Notes under the pieces: generated by a model | The model's input: only the letters and a program-made list of their open reading frames with translations | What the model was told of the DNA's origin: nothing | Databases searched by the model: none | In this document: piece after piece, positions 36,901 through 48,437 of the stretch | Numbering within the stretch: the stretch's first letter is position 1 | Layout: every line of letters begins with the position of its first letter | Made by a program: the position numbers and the translations under genes | Assembly: GCF_006345805.1 (NCBI RefSeq) | Contig: NC_043009.1 | Span: 26,784,001-26,848,000 of the forward strand | From: Octopus sinensis | Lineage: Eukaryota | Direction of reading: 5' to 3' | Length of the DNA stretch: 64,000 bases

Positions 36901-39900
36901 AGTTAACTCTTTGTCAGTTGTCAACCATTTTACTACTCCCTTTTTCATGCTTTCAATGACAAATAGAGAGTAGTAAATCAACAACTGACGAGTTTTCTTC
37001 TTTTAGTATTTTGTCCCATACTTATCTCTCATGTATTTATGTATTTCCCACTTGCTGGTGATGTACTGTACTTAATGTGTATTACATATACCTGTTGCCG
37101 GGTCATAGTGTTAGTGCATGCATATACAGCTGCATGCGTGTGCACATACACGCGAGTACTGTCCAAATCTCCAACCAATCACATACAGCTAGCTGGCATT
37201 CAATTGGCGTATCGAGTTTCGGGCATTTTGATTGGGTTTTGGATAGAAAATTCACAAAAAGTCACTTCTATTGATTTTTTAATAGCTTTGCGGGGTGACT
37301 GGGGAAATGTAAAGATGTGCACGACCACCCTTGGACAGTTTTGAATGACCATAGAAAGTGCAAGCCCGCTAACTGAAAAATTGTGGATTTGTATAAAGGA
37401 CACACACACAGACAGACATTTTGCCATTTATATATATAGACTAGCAGAATTGCCCGGCGTTGCTCGGGGCTGAATTGCTTGAAAGTACTGTTAATGATTG
37501 CACTGAATTTATGATTATTCAGGCAAATATTGATATAAGTTTACGGTGGGAGATAAGGACTTAACGATCAAACGTGTGCCATTGCATTGTTTTGGGGGAA
37601 CCAAATTTCTGATGAGCATTATAGGGGCACCAACTTTAAGTTTGAGAAAGTGTGGTGGTAGTCCGGGGTGCTCAAAGGAATTGAGTACCTCTATTGGATA
37701 GTTGATGACGTCCTCTGGGTCAGGAGTTGTATCGATAGACTGATATACATAGACTTCCCCAGGAATGAGTTTTAGCATTTCATCATTAATATGGTGAACA
37801 GTTTTATTCCTCGGGGCCAGTATAGCCTTTTTGCCAATCCAATCCATATTCTGATAATTAGCTTGTAGATCTGGGAACACTGCATCTCAGAGATCAGAAG
37901 GCGTTTTAACAATGGTACAAATGGAATCGATGGCAATATTACCATTTTCATCCCTGGTATTTTGCCTTCGCCAAGTGCAAGGAGGGTGGTGTGAGGAAAT
38001 GCTGCTGATGTGATATTACGTCGCATATGAGCACGCAAATTGGTGTGAAGTTTGAGAGTTACTTCCCTTTATTAAAAAAAATATGCATTAAAATGGAAAA
38101 AAATGATGGTAAATTATTTGTAAAATCATAGACTCATCGTAGACGCGCGCTAATACCCAGAAGGGCTCGATATGAATCACGATTGGTTAAACTGCATCGC
38201 AAAATGTGGGAGTAGTTAGGAATCTAAATCGGAGTAGACAGACACACAACCTTTCTTTTATATATAAATATTTTCGTCCTAAAAAACTTTGTATGGATTG
38301 AATGGTTACCTCTATGGAAATATATACACGCACATTATACATACATGTGTGTATAGATGAATATATAAATACATTTAAATATCTATATACACTTTTGGGC
38401 GATCTTTCTGCTACTTGTATATACTTTAGATCTTATATTCGTCCTAAAAAACTTTGTATGGAGTGAAAGGTTACCTCTATGGAAATATATACACACACAT
38501 TATACATACATCTGTGTATAGATGAATATATAAATACATTTAAATATCTATATACACTTTCGGGCGATCTTTCTGCTACTTGGATATACTTTAGGTCTTA
38601 TATTCGTCCTAAAAAACTTTCCTGTCACACACTCACGCACACTCACACACACGCTAGCTTACAATTTTATTTATATATTTGCATGTCTATGTGTGTAAAG
38701 AGGAAGTGGGAATGCAGAGTGAAAGAGTCAGTCACTACAAAAAGTGAATTACTTTCACTTTATTTGTTGCACACTGTGTGTGTGTGTGCGTGTGCCCACA
38801 CTAAGAAAAGCATTTGACTTATACACCACAATGTGAGTTTTCTCTAAATTTTGCTTAATTGGGGTTGAAATTTTAAAAAGTGGACCTGGCAAGACCCGAT
38901 GCAGTCTACTCTTAAAAATGCTAGGTAAATTGTAATTGAAGAAATCCTATATTGTAGATTTCTATAAGAGACAAAGGGAGGCAGATAAAATCTGCCTTTT
39001 ATAATAAGAGATATATATAGGTAAAACAAAAGCTAAGGGAGGAAGAGGAGGCAGAAACACTCCCAAGCATACATACGTATGTACATTTAGAGAAACAGCT
39101 TACCTCTTTGATGTCATGGGTGTTTGAAAGTCTATCAGATTCATATCTGCATGATTCTCAACTTTTGTAGAACATGGTTCAACATGGAACACAGACAGTC
39201 TTGCAATCCGTGTGGAACGACGACTGCCACTTTGAGCCCCTGGCGTCACTATTTCAAAGAGTGAAAATTACTGTTTAAAGAGGTTTCAGATGAATTTGAG
39301 ACATATTTGTTTTAAAGCGTACAGACAAAAACATTTATGAAAACAAGTCACTACAGTCACTGAAATTGCTAGAAATAGATAGATAGATAGATATGGGGAA
39401 TATGTTCAGTATGGAGCTGGGAACACCATACCTGAAATCAGGGCTGAGGAATCGAAACAAAAAAATTTCAACTCCGACTCCTGTACTATTGGCACATGAC
39501 TCTGACTCCTCTTTATGTAATTAATTGATTGTGGTCTACATATTCCATAAAGCCTATGCATACACACAAGTTTGAGTAAGCCTATATGTTATAACTGGTT
39601 TATATTAAAGAATAAAGATATTATGAGTCGGAATCAGAGCCAATATAGTTTTACCAACTCCAGCTACCCCTTAATTGTTTCAGACTCCAACTTCGACTCC
39701 AGCTACCCAATGGTTAAAATGCATATTTGATACATGCACTGGGCAGAATAGATGTGTTTATCAGCAGCAAAAAGCCTCATGGAGAGCATATCTGTTGCAC
39801 AGGTCCAGGGACAATAATGAGTGGATTCAGATCATCAAAGGCATATTGTGTGAACATGTCTGGTTCAGTGGTCAGGGTATTTGGCTAATGATCGTAAGTT

Positions 39901-42900
39901 CAATTCCCAGAAATGCATTGTGTCCTTGAGCAAGACACTTTATTTCATGTTGTTCCTGTCCATTCAGCTGGCAAAAATGAATGCTGTAACTCCCCAAGAA
40001 CTACATCAAGTGTACATATGTCTGTGGAGTATTCAGCCACTTGCACATCAATTTCATGAGCAGGCTGTTCTATTGACTGAATCAACTGGGACCTTCGACA
40101 TCGTAACCAACAGACTAAGCTGGGTGGGACTGGTGTCACGTATCATATGTTGGGTATATGCACGTACATGTTTAATTTTGATGCAGTGTGGTTAATTTTG
40201 GGCAATGTTTTAGGTTTATAGTAGATTCCAGTGTTGGTGTGTATGTGTGTAGGTTGATAAATAAACAGAGAGAAAGAGAGATCCTAATTTGTCAAATATT
40301 TGAAAAAAAAAAATAAAAGTTGTATCCAGATAATTCTGCGTTCTTCATTATAGTGTTAGACAGGTTTAAAACTATCTTAAATTTTACAAAACATGGCAAT
40401 TTATCACACCATTTTCAATTCTCACAGCACCACCAACATCCACAACAACAACGTGATTGTTTTCAGGCTGTAACTCGTTAACTGAGTGATAGGTTGACCC
40501 ATATTACAACCCCACAATCACTGTACCTTAATTAACAAACACCATACCTTCACACTATTTCTCCTAAATCAATCATTGTCTTAAGAGATGATTAGGTTTT
40601 ACTTACATCCACCCCTGGACCTTCTTTTTGTTGCCGGGGTCTTTTTCTCAGTGGTACTTTCACAATTAAGACTGGCATGTTCAGACAAATCAACCAGCTG
40701 TCCAACCGGTACACAATCTTTGGTGTTTGTAGAATCTGAATAAAATTTAACAGAAAATACACATTACATTTTGAAATTTAAAGTAATAAAAACAGGATGA
40801 AAACACACACACAGAGGATGCAGCAGAAAAACTTCCCAAGTTTTACATACCCATTGCTGTGGCTCCAGTGAAGCTAGGGAGATGGAAATGTTGTTTCCAT
40901 GGAGAAAATGTTTTACCGCTATTTTTTTTCAGTTACAGTCATGGCTTGGATCAATGGACATCATACATTTTTTGTGGAACCCTTTATCCCAAATGGTAAA
41001 ACCAAAGTTTATTTGCAACACCCTGTATGCATGTGTCATCATCACCATCAAGATTTAATGCCTGTTCTTCATGCTGGCAAGGATTGGATGATTTGATAAG
41101 AGCCGGCAAGTTAGGGGGTTATGTTAAGTTCTATTGGCTGTTTCGGCATGGTTTCTGCAGCTATATACCCTTCCTAACACCAACTACTTTCAAGAGTGTA
41201 CTGAGTGCTTTTTATGTGACACCAACAAAGACAAAGTGTCTTTGAGTGGTGGGGAGTAGTAATGAGGGAGGTGGCTTTGTACTGGTTGATGAGAGATTAA
41301 AATAGAAAGATAGAGATAGGAGTCTTGCTGTAGAAGAGCTACAAGGATATCTCAGTTGGAGAAGGCGACTTAGAGAGGAAAAGAGAGATGATGGTGGATA
41401 TGTGCCGGGGACATGCCCTCAAGGCACCAAGGGGGAGAATATAGGTAGAGCGATACAGAGGATTGGGCTGGACAGGGATATATATAGAAATAAAACTATT
41501 TTTAATAGTGTACAGAGTAGTACATTGATAATAATAATAATAATAAGATTAGTCAGAAGAAATGAAAGAATTGTCTTTTAGATTATTTAAACACAAGTAC
41601 AGAAACTCTTCAAATTTTCCAAGGAAATAAAATGAAATAAAGTAATATAAAGTAGAGTTACGGTTAGGGTTTTAAGAATTATTTTGTCTAACGTTTGAGA
41701 ATGTTTTGTGTGTGTGTGCATGTGTACACACTACACACTTAAACACACTCTTCCAAGTGCAGCAGAGCTTAAGAAAACATCACAGCAAAATGGATATCTT
41801 ACGACTATCAGGGATGAAACAAATACAAATTTAATGTAGATGTAAGGATTAGAAAATTTTACAATTCCTAAAGATTATATTAACAAACCCCGCAAAGTAA
41901 TATCCTCACAAATAAAGCCCTCAGCAGCAACGTCCAGTAATATATTAGAGCAGAGTGAAGAGATTTTGAAAGGCAAAAACACATGGCTTGTTAAAAAAAA
42001 AAACAAGAAACAAAATATAGTGGGTGACAGACAAAAGTCGAGTGGGAAGTACAATAATAAACTAATGCCACCTACCTTTACTGGGCGATTTGGGAAATGA
42101 TTCCATTGCAGAAAGTCTCCGGCTGACTCTCTGAGAACGTCTTCTGCTTTAGGAAAAATAACAAAAGTAAACTGAATTAATTTTCTTTAAAATCTTTGGT
42201 TCTAAGCTTACAAGGAAACAATGTAAAGGAACTGACCAAGTTTGAGGATAACGTATTGGCACACAAGTAGTAGTGAGTATAAGGACTAGCTGAGAGGGGC
42301 TCAATAGAGGATGAGTGGAGACAAGTTTAAGGATTGAGCATAGCTCAATGGAAGATTGGTGGAAATAAACACAAGAACAGCCAAGTATGATTCCATATCT
42401 GTAATTTATGGAACTAGATAAACTGGATTGGCAGACATTTTTTATGCATTAAGACACACAAACTGTTAATCTAGACATTGCTTCACCTGCTCATCCCCAT
42501 TTTGCTTGAAAACTTTAGAAAATAAATCAATAAAATGATGAAATACAAACCTTGGTGGTGACTGGAGGACAAACACTTCATCATTTTCCTTTTCAACGTT
42601 TTCAACTGATGTAGATGACAATACTGGCTGACAGTTGTCTGGAGTGTTCACTGTTTCACCGAGTAGACGTGAGCGCCGGTTTGTCGATGCTCTCTTTCTC
42701 ACAGGAGTTATATCTTGAAGGAGAGGGCTGGGTACAGTTGGAACATAGCTACGTCTTGAAACCAAAGGTGTTACCTTTGCTGAGTCAAAAGAATTCTGCA
42801 CAGTTTCTTTATCCTTTGGCTCTATCTCAACTGTTTGAAATGTTTTATCATCTGAGTCGTCTTTCTCATGAATATCAGCCTGGATGTCTGCTGACCGTTC

Positions 42901-45900
42901 CTGGGTTGTCTCTGTGAAAACTGGCATGACAACTGGACTCCGGGGAGAATCTGAAAATAAAAAAATTCAAAGAATTTATTTAATCCAAAAGTTAAAAACT
43001 TAAAGAATTTAAACAGACTAAGATTTTTTTTTTTTAACCCCAACGTAAGTACAAGCATGGCAGTGTGGTTAAGAATTTCACATTGCAAAGATGGGGTTCA
43101 AGGATCAACTCCATAGCACAGCACTTTGGATGACTTTTACTACATCCCCAAAGCCAACCAATGCTTGTGAAGGAATAAGGTAAAGTAGATATGATGATGA
43201 TGATGATGATGGAAACTGCAAAAATCCCATCATAACATCTACTTTTCCATGTTTGCATGAGTCAGATGGAGGTTATTGGGGAAGATTTTCTATGGCTGGA
43301 TGCCTTTCCTGTCATTAACCCTGACATTTCCAAGTATCACTTAACGTAATAATGTTAATCATCTTCCATAATGATGATATTGAAATAAAGTGAGTGAAAA
43401 TATTTCAGTTTTACAATAGAAAATGCAGGCTTGAAGAAAGGAAATCTTACCCAAACAATGCGGCTTTGGTGATCGAACTGGACTCTCCACTTTGAAGAAA
43501 TGGCCATCAAATACTTTAACTGATTCTTCCTTCTCTGCTTCATCAGCATCACCCCCAGTTGAATTATTTGCAATTTTCTTCTTCTGTGCGATAAATTGGG
43601 CAAACTTTGATTTTCCTTTCACTTTCGAAATCTTGGAAGTAACAGGCTGAGAAAAAAATGAAAACAGGAGATAATAATAATTTTATCAACAATGTCGTTT
43701 AACCATCAATTAAAACCTGTTTCAGTCATTGGAATTTTTAGTTGAATAAACCGACCCCTGCACTTATTCTATCAGTCTCTTTTGCCGAACCGCTATGTCA
43801 TGGGGACATAAACACACCAACACCAGTTGTCAAGTGGTGATGGGGAATAAACACAGATATATATACATGTATATATACAACGGGCATATTTCAGTTTCCA
43901 TCTACCAAATCCACTCACAACGCTTTGGTTGGCTTGAACCTAGAACCATGTGGTTGGGATTTAAGCTTCTTACCACACAGCCACTTCTGTGCTTATTACT
44001 TATATATATATATATAACATGACTGTGTGGTTAAGAGGTTTTCTTACAACCTCATGGTTAGGGGTTCAATCCTACAGCATGATATCTTGGACAACTATTT
44101 TCTATCATAATCTCAGGACAACAAAGGTCTTGTAAGCAAAATTTGGTGGACAGAAGCTGTGAAGAAAGCCCAGTAGATAGGCTATGGCTAGAAGCAGCCG
44201 TGGCCAAACAGATAGAATAGTGGAAATTCCATCAAGCATTTTCATGTCTTGACCACCAGAATTTAATTGGTTCCATTCCACTGTACTTCTGAGATTCATA
44301 TCAAAAGAAACTAGTTTGAAAAAAAAAACAAAAAAAAAAAACCCCACCCTACTCCAGTCATAATTATTTAATGTCCATTCCCATGCTGAGGTGGGGTTGA
44401 ATGGTTCAACAGGAGTTCATGGGCCAGAGGACTGCACCAAGCTCCACTGTCTGCTTTGTCATGGTTTCCTAATGCACAATCCTTGGTGTATTGAGTGCTT
44501 TTTTACATGGCACCAGCATTAGTGAGGTCACCAAATAACTTGTAAGACAAGGCACAGAACCTGGGATTGAGGGAGGTGACTTTGTGCCAGTGATGAGAGG
44601 TTAGAGTTTGATAGAAGGACAGGAACAGGTGTCTTGTTATAGGGGGAGAGACAATGGCTACTCCAGCTGGAAAAAACAGAAGGTGCTGATGAAAATATAT
44701 CAGGGAATATCTTTAAGTTACAGGAAGGTGAATGAAAGAGAATGGTAGAGAGGATTGGACTAGGTGAACAGATCCACTAATTCATAAAAAAAGTTAGAGA
44801 AGCACAGCAGGTGTGAAGTGGAATAAACAAGATTTCTGACCAATGGCCAAGCAATCATGATTTGAATTCAGAATGCAGAAGTGTTCTATCTCATATTATA
44901 CTTGACTGATTCTGATGTCCACATTTTTGAGAAGTCTCTATGTTATCCTTTGACTCAATAGAAAACAAAATCTTTTTCAAATCATACCCTTAAAAAGGAA
45001 AAGGGTACATTAGATAATGAATCCATAAAAAGATGGGATGGTCAAGGATGGAATACTTTTGATAACAAGTCAGCTTGATGAGGGTCAACTTGGGGACTAA
45101 ACAACATTGCCTCTTACCTTTGCTTTCTTGATTTTCTTGACAGGTTTGATCGATGGAACATCTTCTGCCTGCCAATTGTTGTCTTTCAATTTCTGTAAAT
45201 CAGCAAACTTTTTCTTCACATCTTCCACCTTAGCAAAAGAAAAACATATTTTTAGCTATAGTCCTCAAAGAAAATACAAGAAAGCTACTTATAAACTTGA
45301 TAAAGAAACGTGTTTGTTTTTTAACCCTTTAGTGTTCAGATTATTCTATCAAACATAATGCTTATTGATTCCCATTGATTTGAATTAATCCTGCATTATC
45401 TCATATCTTCAAGATCTTGATGGTGTAATTACTTCATGTAGAATAACATTGTAGGGTAGGTGTGAGGGCCTGGATCTGGTCAGTTTGAACATAAAACCGA
45501 TTAAATATTTTGGCCGGATATGGCTGGTTTAAATACTAAAGGGTTAATGTAATTTTAATGCAGATCAAGACAAATTCAAACATGGAGAAGTGCCAATTTT
45601 ACACAAATCACAATCTATTATTATAAAACCAAAAAAATACAAATAATTCTCCTCTCTTTTCCTTTTGGGGTAGCCAAGTATATCTTCTATAGTAAGACAT
45701 CATCATCATTATTGTTTAAAGTCTGCTTTCCATGCTGGCATGGGTTGGATGGTTTGACTGAGGACTGGTTAGCCAGAAGGCTACACCAGGCTCCAATCTG
45801 ATCTGGCAAAATTTCTATAGCTGAATGCCCTTCCTGACGCCAACCACTCTGAGAGTGTAGTGGGTGCTTTTTACGTGTCACTGGCATGAGGGCCAGTCAA

Positions 45901-46449
45901 GTGGTACTAGCATCGACCACATTTGAATGGTGCTTTTTACCTACATCTATTCCCTCTGTTATACTTTAACCTCACACCTGGTACAAAGCCACTTCCTTTG
46001 GTTCCACATTAGAAGCACCTGGTACTTCATGTAAAGTGGTTGGCATTAGGAAGGGCATCCAGCCATAGAAACTGCCAAAATCAGACAATTGGAGCCTGAT
46101 GCCGCTCTTCAGCTTGATAGCTCCTGTCAAACAGTCCAATCCATGTCAGCATGGAAGGCAGATGTTAAATGAATAATAATAATAATAATAATAATGGTTT
46201 CAAATTCTGGGAAAAGGTAAGCTGATTGCATCAACCCCAGTATTTAACTGGTACATGCTTTATCAACCCTGAAAGGATGAAAGGCAAAACTGACTTTGGT
46301 AGAATTTGAACTTAGAACATAAAGACAGATAAATGCTGCTAAACATTTTGTTTGTCAAGCTAAAGATTCTGCCAGTTCGCCTCTATGTAATAACCAATAT
46401 ATACATCTGTTGGTTGGTTGATATCTCCAGAAATGCTTTACGTCATGTT

Positions 46450-46512
<63 letters not shown>

Positions 46513-48393
46513 TGTTAGCATAAGAGATACAGGATGAGCATCAGAGCATCATAACTTTCTGAAGCATACAAATAACTCAATTTTACAAATTAGTTGCCTT
46601 TGATAATATGCACACACACGCAAACCTTCATCCAACATTGTAGTTACTCCTGAAGGTTTTAACAAATATTAACCAGTTTTGGGGGCCACCATCTGCTACC
46701 ACCCCACCAGTCTGCTGAAATACTTACAGGGTTCAATAAAAGGTCAGTCATGTGACTGTAGTAGAAGAGAGAAGAACCAATGGAGAGAATTTTTCATTAG
46801 TGAAAACCACACTATAGCAATAAAAGAAAAAAAAATGTCTTACCTGGAAATCCACCATGTCCCAAAACCCTTGCAAATCTTCACATGTGGTTGTCTTCTC
46901 GCCAGTGTTAAATTCACAGTTGTCAACCAAACCAATGAATTGATGGAAACGTTGTGAAATGAGCAGCTTAGCTTGACCAATAACTGTGCGGACGTCACCC
47001 TCAACTGAAATCATAGAAAAGCCATCAATGACAGCGGCAAGACACACTCTCACAAAAAAACACAAGCAACAGGTAAAACCTGAAGCAATAATCACAAAGG
47101 AGAACCCCTACATGATTGCTCAACCAATTAAAACTAGCAGCGAGAAACATTTCCCTTGAATCATACCTTACGCAGCGTTTCTCAACCAGGGTTCCCCGGA
47201 ACCCTAGAGTTCCACGAGAAAGAGTGAGATAAGCTAATGCTAATTTCATGATTGTAATATTACAATTCATGCACAACATATTGGTTATTGTAATACAGAT
47301 GGAGGCGCAATGGCCCAGTGGTTAGGGCAGCGGAATCGCGGTTTCGATTCCCAGACCGGGCGTTGTGAGTGTTTATTGAGCGTAAACACCTAAAGCTCCA
47401 CGAGGCTCTGGCAGGGGATGGTGGTGATCCCTGCTGTACTCTTTCACCACAACTTTCTCTCACTCTTACTTCCTGTTTCTGTTGTACCTGTATTTCAAAG
47501 GCCCGGCCTTGTCACACTCTGTGTCACGCTGAATCTCCCCGAGAACTACGTTAAGGGTACATGTGTCTGTGGAGTGCTCAGCCACTTACACGTTAATTTC
47601 ACGAGCAGGCTGTTCCGTTGATTCGGATCAACTGGAACCCTCATCGTCGTAACCGACGGAGTGCTTCCTTCCTTCATTGTAATACAGACATTATCCTATC
47701 TAACCTATTATGTTATCAAAGAAATATAACAACAATATATATATATATGATATTTACCATGTGAACTACGATGAAAAAAATATGAGAAAGTTATAGTATA
47801 TAATTATTTTTGTGCAGAGGTTCCTCGAGGCATGTAATTTATTTTAAGGGTTACGAAAGGGTAAAAACATTGAGAAACACTGCCTTACAGTCTTAAAGAA
47901 AGGATGATGGATACATCAGCTAACATTTATTTTAATATTATGCTATAATTTAAAGATGGTGAGCTGGTACAGTTCTTAGTACACTAGACAAAAATGATTA
48001 GCGACATTTTGTCCATCTCTATGTTCTGAGTTCAAATTTTGCCAAGGTTGACTATGCCTTTCATCCTTTTGGAGTTGATGAAATAAGTACCAGCTGAGTA
48101 ATTGACTTAGCCCCTCCCTTATAAAATTTCTGGCCTTGTATCTATAGCAGAAAGGATTTTTATGTTATAACTGCAAAATGAATAAAATCCCATGAAGTAA
48201 TAATCAGTGAAAACCACCAAGAGGCAATCATAATCTGGATAGTTTATTTTTTGATTTGTTTCAACTGAAGCTTCCACAACACTCGGCTATCTTCAAGATA
48301 AAGTGTCAGTAACAGCACACAGACAGATGTACAAATGGGAGAAAAGAAGGCTCAATAAATATAGAAGAGCTTATAAATTTGCTTTGTATGCTG

Positions 48394-48437
<44 letters not shown>

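Noticed and set aside
47300-47375. tRNA gene
   Set aside because: The tRNA-like head runs straight into a SINE body with tail and TSD, and there is no complete cloverleaf; the same applies to the other SINE heads.
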